Of a DNA stretch of 64,000 bases, positions 32,191-42,345 are shown one piece after another. The DNA lies in NCBI GenBank assembly GCA_963752155.1, contig CAVVXH010000005.1, positions 1 to 64,000 of the forward strand. Reading direction: 5' to 3'. The notes beneath the pieces were generated by a model, which saw nothing but the letters and a program-made list of their open reading frames with translations, was not told where the DNA came from and made no database searches. The first letter of the stretch is position 1, and each line of letters opens with the position of its first letter. The DNA comes from an uncultured Parachlamydiaceae bacterium (lineage in GTDB: Bacteria; Chlamydiota; Chlamydiia; Chlamydiales; Parachlamydiaceae). Position numbers and translations under genes: made by a program.

Positions 32191-33418
32191 TTAAGAGGCT
32201 GAAGTTTGCTTGGTAAAGTTTTCAAAGATCTGTTTTCCTGATAACGTCCGTATACAGGCTCCTGTAGGACATGTACGCAAAACAGGACAACGATTCGTAA
32301 AAGAACGCCCATAAGGACAAGCTCCTTGAAAAAAGCGATGTTGCTCTCCAACAGGAGCAAATCTAAGCCCTAATGATGCGCCAAAAATGCTAAAGGTCGA
32401 AGTTGTCGTTGTCGCAGCAAGGTGCAAGGGAAGGGAATCCATTGCCACAATCAAATCTACCATCCCCATAAGTTGCTGCAATACAGGCAGACTCACCCTT
32501 GGCAACAAAAGAGATTGCTCAAATTGACTCTGAAGAGACTGAACTTCAATTTTTTCTGTTTCTGTACCCCAAATGAATACAAAATAACAGTTAAGATGCC
32601 CTTGAAGCAAATTTAAGAACTCAACCAACGCCTGGGGGGTCAATTGCTTATTTTTCCAATTAGAACCATGACAAACCATCACCAATGGCAAATTTACTCC
32701 GACTAACCTTTCACAAATATTTTCTAGCTGAACCTGTTCATCTCCAGATAAATTGAATATGACCGGAGAGGCCCTCTGAGGCTCATGATTGTTAAACCTA
32801 GAAACGGCAGTTGAAGACGATAAATTGACGCAATCTTTTGAGCCATAATCGCTTCTGATGGGGGGCGCCTTCACCTTTTGGGAATGATCGGCCCCCATCA
32901 GCAAGCGATTCTAACTCAAAATCTTGCATCACTTTATCATCTTGAACTGCCGTTTCTAGGTTAAAATACCCTTGGACTAGATCCAAGTAAGAACTACAGA
33001 CGTTTTGATGAATAGAAGTTGAAAATCGTTTATTTGTAAAAAGCACATTGGGCCATTCAGAAACGCTATCCTTTGAAAATCCAACTTTATCACCACCTCT
33101 TGCTATTGCTGTGACCAAACCCGATTTAACATTACCTTGCAAATCGAAAATCACATCGTAACGCTTTTGACGAAGATGTTTTATAAATTGCCACATTTCT
33201 GATCGCAAAGAAAAATGAAATAGCTTCTTTCGCCAGGCCTTTGTATCTATAATAATCGTTTGATTCACTGACGGATGCGCCAAGAGAAGCGATGAAAATG
33301 ACTTCTCTACTACCCAATCGATGCACGCGTTCGGAAACTTTTTCTTGATATATCCTAAAACAGGAAAAGCATGGACAATATCTCCTAAAGCAGAAGTCTT
33401 TACAATCAGTATCTTCAT
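32191..33418 (-). CDS. waaC: GT9 lipopolysaccharide heptosyltransferase I-like, interrupted by a palindromic insert and a 1-nt frameshift
   Basis: MKILIVKTSALGDIVH, IDWVVE, YDVIFDLQGNVKS, then HGSNWKNKQL, VAMDSLPLHLAA. Confidence 0.8.
32796..32961. mobile_element. 166-bp palindromic element inserted in the waaC coding sequence, TAA target duplication
   Basis: Arms ACCTAGAAACGGCAGTTGAAGACGATAAA... / ...TTTATCATCTTGAACTGCCGTTTCTAGGT, with TAA at 32793-32795 and 32962-32964. Confidence 0.85.
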
Positions 33419-34340
33419 TTATTGGACCTATCGTTGGAGATGGATCAACAAAAAGAGATTTTGTATCGAGAGCCTGAATAAAATCAACCGGCAACGCAGA
33501 TTCCACACACACATTTTTCCCACTAACAGGATGGGTGAACTCTATTTTACTAGCATGTAATAAACATCTCTTCGGCTGATAGTCAATAGATTTGCCCCTA
33601 TGGTAAAGGGAATCCCCTAAAATGGGATACCCCATTCCTGCCAAATGAACTCGGATCTGATGCGTACGTCCGGTATGAGGATAGCAAGCTAATAAACTTG
33701 CTACTTCTCCTTTTCTAACAACTTCCCATTCTGTAATAGCTAAAGCCCCCTTTTCTTTTGCTACCTCACCCCAGAGATTCTGACCAACATAAGTTGTCGT
33801 TTTTCCCAAATAATTTATTATTCGTCCTTTTGACTCTTTGGGGATCCCTTGCACAATGGCAAAATAACTCTTTAAGATTTTTCGATTTTTAAATAACCGA
33901 GAAATGGCTTCTTTTGCCTCTTCCGATTTGATAAAAATCAACACACCAGATGTCTCTTTGTCGAGGCGATGAGCAAGCTCTAAATATGTTAAAGATCTTT
34001 TGCTTTTAAGATCTTCCAATAAGCCTGTATCTTCAGAATTCACCCCTGCAGCTTTATCGATGATCAGAAAATCATCATCTTCGTATAAAATAGGAGATAA
34101 AAATTTTCTAGAAGTGGAAACTTGAGGGGGTCTATAAATAAATTCAACAACATCCCCACGACCCACTAGAGTTGAAGCAAAACGTTCAGCACGTCCGTTG
34201 ACAAAACAAAGATTTCTTTCCAAAGATTGCTTCAAAAAACGAAGGGAACACTTTTCTTCTAACTTACTACGCAAGAACTGTAACAATCGCATCCCAGATT
34301 CTTCCCTGGTCACTTGCCATTGTTTAGAAAAACTAGTCAT
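33132..34340 (-). CDS. RluA-family pseudouridine synthase with S4-like domain; the 3' extension over waaC is suspect
   Basis: ILYEDDDFLIIDKAAG, AHRLDKETSG, TGRTHQIRVH, PILGDSLY, LLHA; homology ends near 33460. Confidence 0.88.
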   Translation of the reverse strand: MTSFSKQWQVTREESGMRLLQFLRSKLEEKCSLRFLKQSLERNLCFVNGRAERFASTLVGRGDVVEFIYRPPQVSTSRKFLSPILYEDDDFLIIDKAAGVNSEDTGLLEDLKSKRSLTYLELAHRLDKETSGVLIFIKSEEAKEAISRLFKNRKILKSYFAIVQGIPKESKGRIINYLGKTTTYVGQNLWGEVAKEKGALAITEWEVVRKGEVASLLACYPHTGRTHQIRVHLAGMGYPILGDSLYHRGKSIDYQPKRCLLHASKIEFTHPVSGKNVCVESALPVDFIQALDTKSLFVDPSPTIGPINEDTDCKDFCFRRYCPCFSCFRIYQEKVSERVHRLGSREVIFIASLGASVSESNDYYRYKGLAKEAISFFFAIRNVAIYKTSSSKALRCDFRFAR

Positions 34341-35368
34341 TAGACAGCACTAAATTGCCTTAGGAAGCGCAGATCATTCTCTGTGAGAAGACGAATATCC
34401 TTAATTCCTCTTTTAAGCATTAGGATCCTTTCTACACCCATTCCCCAAGCGTAGCCTGAGTAAACTTCCGGATCAATACCCCCAATTTTAAGCACTTCTG
34501 GATGCACTAACCCCGCTCCTGCCACTTCAAGCCATCCACTATGCTTGCAAAGAGTACAACCGTGCCCATTACAATTTAAGCAGCTCACATCGACTTCCAT
34601 ACCTGGTTCAACAAATGGAAAGTAACTAGGGCGGCAACGAAGTTGAATATCGGCATGAAATAATTTGCAAAAAAGCTCTTTTAAAGTCGCCAAAAGATCT
34701 GCAAAAGTCACATCTTTGTCAATATAAAGACCTTCAACCTGATGGAAGTAAACATGTGAACGCGCAGTAATAGTTTCATTGCGGAAAGCCTTGCCCGGAG
34801 TAACAATGCGTATCGGTGGCTTATATTGCTCCATCACACGTGCTTGAATATTGCTAGTGTGGGTTCGAAGCAAAACCTTGGGAGCAATGTAAAAAGTGTC
34901 TTGCATATCACGCGCAGGATGATCAGCAGAAAAATTCAAGGCCTCAAAATTATAATAATCTGTGTCGATATCAGGTCCAACTTGGACTGAAAATCCCATT
35001 TCTCTCAGAATTGTAAGAATCTCGTCCAGAGTTTCTGTGACTGGATGCTTAACCCCTGCAAAATAGCTCCTGCCAGGCAAACTCACATCCAAGACCTCAG
35101 CAGCAAGCTGAGCATCGAGCTCTTGATCTGCGATGCAACCAGTTGCTTCAAGTAAAGCTTGAGTCAGCGCTTCTTTCAAATCATTGATCTCTTTTCCAAA
35201 GGCTTTACGCTTCTCCGGATCAGCAGACTTCAATTCTTTCATTAAGTCTTGCACCGGACCTTTTTTTCCTAAATAGCGCACGCGCATATTTTCAAGATCT
35301 TGACTCGTTTTTGCTATCTGTAGTTCTTGTAAGAAACGGTCATGAAGTTGGCGAATATTTTGATCCAT
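34340..35368 (-). CDS. pheS: Phenylalanine-tRNA ligase alpha subunit
   Basis: HPARDMQDTFY, LRTHTS, FHQVEGL, RPSYFPFVEP, GYAWGMGVER. Confidence 0.97.
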   Translation of the reverse strand: MDQNIRQLHDRFLQELQIAKTSQDLENMRVRYLGKKGPVQDLMKELKSADPEKRKAFGKEINDLKEALTQALLEATGCIADQELDAQLAAEVLDVSLPGRSYFAGVKHPVTETLDEILTILREMGFSVQVGPDIDTDYYNFEALNFSADHPARDMQDTFYIAPKVLLRTHTSNIQARVMEQYKPPIRIVTPGKAFRNETITARSHVYFHQVEGLYIDKDVTFADLLATLKELFCKLFHADIQLRCRPSYFPFVEPGMEVDVSCLNCNGHGCTLCKHSGWLEVAGAGLVHPEVLKIGGIDPEVYSGYAWGMGVERILMLKRGIKDIRLLTENDLRFLRQFSAV

Positions 35369-35491
35369 TTGAACTGCACCCAAAAGTTTTACTCTCGTAA
35401 AATTCACTATTTTTCGGGCGCGAGCACGCGCACGAAAAATAGAGAAAATCTAGTGACCTATTTGGTTCACTTGACGGGACTTACAGACTCT

Positions 35492-35848
35492 TTAAACGAG
35501 AGCCTCTTTAGCACTTTGTACAACTTTGGCGAATCCGTTAGGATCGCGCACAGCCATATCGGCCAGCATTTTTCTATTGAGCTCACATCTTGCTTTTAGC
35601 AGACCATTGATAAATTTGCTATAAGATATCCCATTGATCTTAGCGGCTGCGCCAATACGCTGAATCCACAATCTGCGGAATTCCCGTTTTTTGATCTTTC
35701 GGTGCCTATAGTTATAAGCTAGGGCGCGCATAACGCTTTCACTGGAGAGACGTAAATGATTTTTACGATCTCCGACAAACCCCTTAGCTCTCTTATGTAT
35801 CCTTTTTTTGCGTCGATGTGAAGCTACGGCATTGGTTACACGAACCAT
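35492..35848 (-). CDS. rplT: 50S ribosomal protein L20
   Basis: [38 protein letters not shown]. Confidence 0.98.
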   Translation of the reverse strand: MVRVTNAVASHRRKKRIHKRAKGFVGDRKNHLRLSSESVMRALAYNYRHRKIKKREFRRLWIQRIGAAAKINGISYSKFINGLLKARCELNRKMLADMAVRDPNGFAKVVQSAKEALV

Positions 35849-35911
35849 GGGTAATCTCCACTGTTGCGTCTGTCTTTAAATTTCTTTAAAATCAGACAAT
35901 TTTTAACTTAT

Positions 35912-36106
35912 TTACACACCCATTAAGCGTTTATACATCTTGAGTTGTGTTTCGCAAACTAATCCTGGACGTGAAAGCTGACGCTTACGTTTCGGAGTCT
36001 TTTTTGTCAAAATATGGCGTTTACCAGCACGAGAGCGTTTAAGCTTTCCTGTCGCTGTCACCCTGAACCTTGCGAATAAGGCTCTTTTTGTTTTCATTTT
36101 AGGCAC
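35912..36106 (-). CDS. rpmI: 50S ribosomal protein L35
   Basis: MPKMKTKR...RFRVTATGK...KRHILTKK. Confidence 0.98.
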   Translation of the reverse strand: MPKMKTKRALFARFRVTATGKLKRSRAGKRHILTKKTPKRKRQLSRPGLVCETQLKMYKRLMGV

Positions 36107-36119
36107 GGATATTCTCCTA

Positions 36120-36662
36120 TTATTCTACCGGACTATCACTCGAGGCAGAATCTTTATTCTTTTTGACTCCCGGAGCAATCACTATGCTCATCATCCTTCC
36201 CAGTAATTTGGGGGGCATTGATTCCGGGGTTCCGAATTTATCTAAGCTCTCGCAAACTTTTTTAACATGCTTTAGACCCACTTCTGGGTGAGCCATTTCT
36301 CTACCTTTAAAAGTACAAGTGACTTTTACTTTATTGCCAGCCTCAAGAAATTCGCGAGCATGATTTATTTTTGTTTCTAGATCATGTTCGCCGATATTGG
36401 GCTTAAGCTTAATTTCTTTAACTTTAACCTGATGCTGAGATTTTTTATTCTCTCTTTCCCGTTTAGTTTGATCATAACGAAACTTGCCATAATCAATAAT
36501 TTTACAAACAGGAGGATTTGCACCTGGTACGATCTCAACAAGATCCAACCCGGCTTCATCGGCTCTTGCCAACGCTTCATAGAGCGGGACAACACCTATT
36601 TGTTCACCAGTTTGGCTTATGAGGCGCACACGTGGTGCACGTATTTCTCTATTAGCTTTCAA
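36120..36662 (-). CDS. infC: Translation initiation factor IF-3 (TTG start)
   Basis: [37 protein letters not shown]; an in-frame TAG 18 nt upstream forces a non-ATG start. Confidence 0.97.
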   Translation of the reverse strand: MKANREIRAPRVRLISQTGEQIGVVPLYEALARADEAGLDLVEIVPGANPPVCKIIDYGKFRYDQTKRERENKKSQHQVKVKEIKLKPNIGEHDLETKINHAREFLEAGNKVKVTCTFKGREMAHPEVGLKHVKKVCESLDKFGTPESMPPKLLGRMMSIVIAPGVKKNKDSASSDSPVE

Positions 36663-36688
36663 CCCGCTACTCGGCTCCTATTTATAGT

Positions 36689-38440
36689 TTATGATGCCTG
36701 CGCCTTTAGAGAACTTGAAGACTGATCATGCAACTTGCCAAGAAATGTTTTTAAGTCCATTCGTTGCGAAGTTGCCTTTTGGCCGCATTGGCGTACATTC
36801 ACTATTTTTTCTTTCTCTTCTCGATCCCCTACAATTATCGCATAAGGCACTCTAGCAGATTCAACTTCATGAATTCTACTTGCTAAAGAATGCCCTTGAG
36901 GATCACTCCTTGTATCTATTGCAACTCTATAACCTGCTTGCTGCAATTCAACTTGTAACGCCCTGGCATAGACACGCTGCCTATTACTTACTGCAATGAT
37001 ACGCACTTGTTCAGGTGACAACCACAAAGGCAACACACCTTCATTTTTTTCAACCAACAATGCAATCAATCGCTCCAGAGGTCCCATAATGGATTGCCTT
37101 ATCATAATAGGTAAGGCCCTATATCCGTTATCTTGCACATATTGCAATTGTAAACTTGTTGGCAAATGAAAGTCAACCCCCACTTCGGGTCCACTCCAAT
37201 TTTGCCCTATAACATCTTGCAACCTAGCTTCGATTTTCGGCCCAACTAACGTGCTTGCTTGCTGATTATAATTGAACTCAAATCCGCAAGCTATCATCGC
37301 CTGTTCCATCAAAGCCGATGTCTGATCCCATTGCTTTTGAGTCCCCGCAATTCTTTTACCATTTAACGAAAGAATCCACTGACACCCAAAACCTAATAGG
37401 GTAACAAATTCATTAATCATTTGCAAGGAAGAAATAATTTCCTCATAAACTTGGTCCGGTTCGCAAAAACAATGAACAAAATCAGCGAGATAGGAATCTG
37501 TTTTTAACATCCCCCATAAGCGCGTCCGCGGCATCTCAGGCGAATGAATTTCTTGTATTTCAGCATACCGAATGGGCAGATCTGCGGCATAATGCACTTT
37601 TGTTTTGTATAGAAGTGCATGGGCTTCGGCCGGAGTCTGCACCGGCAAAAGAATATCATCTTGAGCTTCAAGTGTTAATGACGACGATTCACTCTTAAAG
37701 GAAAAATTATTTTTAGAAAGAAAATCACTTTTAACAAACTTAGGGGTCTCAACAAGTTGAATGTCTAATTTTCGAAGAAGACGTTTCCATTGATCGAATA
37801 AAATGTCGCGGATGATTGTGCCCTTAGGGAGCCAAAAATGCGACACAGAACTGAATGATTGATCAAAAGCAAAGAGTTCCATTGTTTTAATCAATAAACG
37901 GTGATCATTTTCTTGCTGAAATTTTTGAAGCTTAGTAAATTTTTTCTGTTGCTGCTTATCTTTAAATGCCATGCCTGTGACACGGACGGCGGGATAATGT
38001 CCATGCTGCGGGTGATAAAGAGTAATATTCTCGATATCATAAATTTTCAAAGCGGCGACTTCATCAGTAGATGTTACATAACTCGAAGGGGCCACATCGA
38101 GAAAACCATCGAATTCTAATAAATTGACAATGTTGTAAGGGAGTAACTCGATTAAATCAGCCTTAAAAGGTTGATTACGGTGACGAAAGAGATCGGCTGC
38201 ATTTTCCCGCATCATGCTGCGTTCAGAAATGGGATGGGCTTCTTTAGCCAATCCACGCATTGTTTCTTCAAGGAGAGTAATAAATTGAGTATCTGTTGGA
38301 AGAGAGGTGGCAAAATCGTAATAAAAACCTAATTCATTCGCTCCTCCAGAAAGCAGATCTGCTTCAGGAAAAAGTCTACAAACAGCTACAGCTAATAACT
38401 CGGCAGCGGTGGAGCAAATTGCAAGTTGATCGGAATCCAT
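36689..38440 (-). CDS. Threonyl-tRNA synthetase-like protein with degenerate catalytic motifs (probable pseudoenzyme)
   Basis: ThrRS architecture (GFYYDF, NDHR, WLPKG, DLPIRYAE, GPKIE, PLWLSPEQV, anticodon-binding domain), but key residues substituted and TGS domain missing. Confidence 0.85.
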   Translation of the reverse strand: MDSDQLAICSTAAELLAVAVCRLFPEADLLSGGANELGFYYDFATSLPTDTQFITLLEETMRGLAKEAHPISERSMMRENAADLFRHRNQPFKADLIELLPYNIVNLLEFDGFLDVAPSSYVTSTDEVAALKIYDIENITLYHPQHGHYPAVRVTGMAFKDKQQQKKFTKLQKFQQENDHRLLIKTMELFAFDQSFSSVSHFWLPKGTIIRDILFDQWKRLLRKLDIQLVETPKFVKSDFLSKNNFSFKSESSSLTLEAQDDILLPVQTPAEAHALLYKTKVHYAADLPIRYAEIQEIHSPEMPRTRLWGMLKTDSYLADFVHCFCEPDQVYEEIISSLQMINEFVTLLGFGCQWILSLNGKRIAGTQKQWDQTSALMEQAMIACGFEFNYNQQASTLVGPKIEARLQDVIGQNWSGPEVGVDFHLPTSLQLQYVQDNGYRALPIMIRQSIMGPLERLIALLVEKNEGVLPLWLSPEQVRIIAVSNRQRVYARALQVELQQAGYRVAIDTRSDPQGHSLASRIHEVESARVPYAIIVGDREEKEKIVNVRQCGQKATSQRMDLKTFLGKLHDQSSSSLKAQAS

Positions 38441-38659
38441 ATGAATGCGAGTAATCTATTGAAGGTCGTGATAAAAGAATTTGCAATAAGCTGAATACCA
38501 GGCTTGGTCATAAAATTGGATTTTGTGGATGCAGATTTTTTTGTCTGTTGATTTGTGCAAAAAAAGAGACATACATGTTTGTAGGCCTTTTTGCATAAAT
38601 CAACAGCCGAAAAAAGAGGCGTTCACAAAGTCCAAGTTTATGACCGAGCTTGGTACAAT

Positions 38660-38733
38660 TGAGGCATAGCTGACTCGAACAGCTGACCTCCACGATGTCA
38701 ACGTGGCGCTCTAACCAACTGAGCTAATACCTC
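38660..38733 (-). tRNA. tRNA-Val (anticodon GAC), CCA not encoded
   Basis: GAGGTATTAGCTCAGTTGGTTAGAGCGCCACGTTGACATCGTGGAGGTCAGCTGTTCGAGTCAGCTATGCCTCA folds into a cloverleaf. Confidence 0.96.
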
Positions 38734-38895
38734 ATCATTAAGTTCGAGCTTATTGCGAAATTCTAATTGTAGAATATTTTGGTGAATTTGTACAAGCAAA
38801 AAAAACTCCCACTCTGAAATCGTAAAAACTAAAAATTTGCGCAGACTATAGCTCATCATTCGCGAGTTTAGCCACGTAGCCTCCAAGGCTATGCT

Positions 38896-40340
38896 ATGCG
38901 TTATTCTCCTAACTCCATCTATCCGGATGGCTCATCTGTCAGGCAGATCTACAACCCATGTTTTCTCACGAAAACAGAACGAATAAAAAATGAGAGTGTC
39001 GTTTACAACGCTCGCATTGAAAAATTCGACTTATCAGGAAAGCCTAAAAGAATTCATTTTCCTAAAAGTAGCGGAATTCGGAAAATGTCTTTAACAACTT
39101 CGGGAAAAATCACTAATTACCTTTACGATGGCCATGAAGAAATAGGTTCATACAATAGCGAAAGATCTAACTTAGATCTAAAGATATTGTCCGGAAATGA
39201 AGGTTCCATTCCAATTGCTGTTGAAATGGGCGAGCAAAATTACTGCCCAATCATTTCAGTTCATGGACATATTGTTGGCCTTGTTGAAATGGAAACGGGA
39301 AATCTTGCCGATAAAAGCCTTTTAACAATGTTTGGAGAAGACTTATCGGAAAAACTTCTTTCTCCGTGGAGATTTTGTGGAAAACGACACGAATCCTCTG
39401 AGCTCGGAATAATTGACTTCGGTTATCGTTTTTATCATCCGAAATCAGCTCAATGGCTAACCTTGGATCCTTTAGGTGAAGCGAAGGTCCTAATTTATAT
39501 GCCTATGTCAGTAATTGTCCAACTTGTTGCGTGGATCGCTTTGGATTATTCTTGGAGAACTTTAGCTTTAGCAGTTCTTGGAGTGATTTCAAATCCAATT
39601 GTTCTTGGGCGGGAAATCAAGCTCTTAATTACACGCTAAATAGTCCTCGCTTCATGGGTGCTGCTCAAGCTTTCGGGGGATTTACCGAATGCGCTGCAGG
39701 GATTAGCACTAGCCTTGCAGGAATAGGAACAGGAGGATTATCAACACCAATTGGTCTAGCAATCACATGTCATGGCCTTGATAATTTTATTACCGGTTTT
39801 AATCAAATGTACACCGGGAATATCCGAAATACCGCAACAGTCCAAGTCCTAGAAAAAACCGGAATGTCAAGTACTACGGCATTGGCTGTTGATGGGCTTC
39901 TTAGCTTAGGTGGGACTTCTACTTTACTACGAAATGCAGTTTCCGGCGGATCATTAAAAGCTGGATCAGAGCTATCATCTAAGACAGGAGTAGGATCACA
40001 ATTAGCTAGAACTCCACAATTTAAGTCCTTTACAAAATCGAATTACAGATATAATTTGAAGGAACTAACAGGGATTGATCCGGGAAATTTATTCGATGCG
40101 CATCATGTTTTTCCGCAAAAATACAGAAGCCTTCTTAGACGCGAAAATGTAAATATAAATATTGATGATCCTAAGTATCTTACCTGGTGGGAAAAGTCTA
40201 GTTATCAAAAAAATGCTTATGAATATAATAAAGTTTGGCGTGGGATAATGTATGATAACGTTTCACCTTTAACAACAGAACAAATTCTCCAAGAAGGAAA
40301 AAGAATCATGACTGAATATGGCATTAAAACGCATTACTAG
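38896..40340 (+). pseudogene. Truncated Rhs repeat-associated core protein with a C-terminal AHH-like nuclease toxin; frameshift near 39482
   Basis: PWRFCGKR, DFGYRFYHP, WLTLDPLG, then in the shifted frame EGPNLYAYVSNCP..VDRFGL; toxin motif DAHHVFPQK. Confidence 0.82.
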
Positions 40341-40348
40341 AATGTATA

Positions 40349-40959
40349 ATGAACGCAAATAACTTTTCCATTTTGATAGTAAACTCTTATCATCTACTTT
40401 TCAAGCTTACACTGTTGGGTTAGGTCTTGATAAAAATGGCTTGTATAATGAGTGGAATTTAATTAAAGGAATATATGAAGGAATAAATTTTCCAGTGATT
40501 TTTAGACAAGATCAAGGCAATAAGTTAACTGACATTTTAGATACAGGATGGCCTGGATTATTTTTAATTTCCGATCACTTAAAAACTATTCTAGAGGACA
40601 ATCAATTAACAGGTTGGTTAACTTATTCTATTAATCTCTACGATAAGAAGAAGAGAGAAATTAACAATTATCATGGTTTTTCAGTAATTGGAATTTGCGG
40701 GCAAATTAGTTATAAAGACTCAAAAATTATTGAAAAAAGAAGAATAGCAGAAGGACCAACGTCTAGATATTATAAAGGACTTTCAATAGGATTAAATGAA
40801 TGGAATGGTTGCGATTTTTTCACGCCAAATGACTCATATAGAACTATTATAACTGAAAAAACAGCTAACATCTTAAAAAAAGAAAAAATCACTAATCTTT
40901 TTTTAGAAAATATATCTGAAATAGAGATTCCTGTACGCATTATAACCGGTCATGAATAA
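40349..40959 (+). CDS. Putative immunity protein (Imm11/DUF1629-like); 1-nt frameshift near 40365, or start at 40441
   Basis: Immediately follows the toxin; DILDTGWPGLFLISD...LTGW...WNGCDFF; its N-terminus matches the paralog at 41080 if one T is added. Confidence 0.7.
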
Positions 40960-41079
40960 TAGGATTATCGGAATGGTTTATTAAGAGGTTAAATCACTCA
41001 AAAATTTTTTCCCAAATTTGGAAGCAAGCTCTTATCATCACATTTCAAGCAGGGCCGGCTGGATTAGGAGTGGATAGAA

Positions 41080-41643
41080 ATGCATAATTTTTTTGATTTT
41101 AATAGCAAACTTCGATCGTATACTTTTCAGGCTTATGCGGGTGAAGTAGGTCATGATAAAAAAGGGAAATATGAAGGAATAGATTTTCCAGTAATTTTTA
41201 AACATGACCAAGGAAATAAATTCACGGATATATTAGATACAGGATGGCCTAGATTATTTTTAATTTCTGATCACTTAAAAAAAATTTTAGCAGATAACAA
41301 TCTAACTGGATGGAAGACTTATCCCATTCAACTTTATGACAAGAAAAAAAGAGAAATCGATGGTTATCATGGTTTTTCAGTTACTGGAAATAGTGGACCG
41401 ATTAATTATAATAATTCAGAAATAATTGAGCGAAAATTGGTTTCAGAAGGACCTATATGAAAATTATATAGAGGTTTATATTTTAAAATTGATGAATGGG
41501 ATAAATGTGATTTTTTCACTCCAAATAATTCATATATGATAATTGTATCAAGCAAAGTCGCTAATATCTTAAAAAAAAATAAAATTAGCAATCTAAGGCT
41601 TGATGATTTGTCTGAAAAAGAAATGCCTTGCAATTTGGTTTAA
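41080..41643 (+). pseudogene. Second immunity paralog with a premature TGA at 41458-41460
   Basis: Highly similar to 40441-40959; the frame continues after the stop as KLYRGLYFKIDEWDKCDFFTPN... Confidence 0.75.
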
Positions 41644-41661
41644 GGAGGAGAATTCCCTTAA

Positions 41662-41875
41662 CTCCTAAATAACATAATCTTTGCAGCTAAAAAAACTGAA
41701 TACGAAATTTGATTTTACCGCAAAGCGAGACAGTTGCTTGCGGCGCCCCCTATCGGGAAATAACAGATTTTTAAAGCGCCTTGCCATTGGTGCCTGACCT
41801 GATATTCTGACATTTGCCTACAATGATAACGTAACCTCCCAAAAGGGCAAATGTCAGAATGTCAGGTCAGGCATG
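41662..41875. repeat. MITE-like family A partial copy
   Basis: CTCCTAAATAAC end plus CGCAAAGCGAGACAG...CCTTGCCATTGGTGCCTGACCTGATATTCTGAC. Confidence 0.8.
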
Positions 41876-41905
41876 GGGAGAAACAAAACGACGTTTTTCG
41901 ACCAA

Positions 41906-42345
41906 AACCTTGCCATTTCTTCCTCCCCATTTCCGGATCCAAAATATGTGACTTCTAATTAAGTATGCATCCCTGATTATAACATCCAAGAACTTTTTGG
42001 AGTGCTGTGGCTCTGCCACAGCGCGTGAAGAAGGTTTAGATGATAAAGCATGCAATTAAAAAAAATTTCCCTTTCGGTTGGCAAGGGTTTTGTTGTTTTA
42101 CAAATCTGTTCCTGACATACATTTATGGTCTGAATGAAGCTACGAGTAGGAGGCCTGTCATAAAGCGAGACAACATCCTATAATTTTTAATTGCATACTT
42201 TATGATTAAACCTTCTTCACGCGCTGTGGCAGAGAGCCACAGCACTCCAAAAAGTTCTTGGATGTTATAATCAGGGGTGCATACTTAATTAGAAGTCACA
42301 TATTTTGGATCCGGAAATGGGGGAGGAAGAAATGGCAAGGTTTTG
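41906..42345. mobile_element. Family B element: ~155-bp inverted arms around a ~120-bp spacer
   Basis: 41906-42062 is a near-perfect reverse complement of 42183-42345. Confidence 0.85.

Noticed and set aside
36660..36662. Non-ATG start of infC as a novelty
   Set aside because: Non-canonical infC starts are a well-known autoregulatory feature
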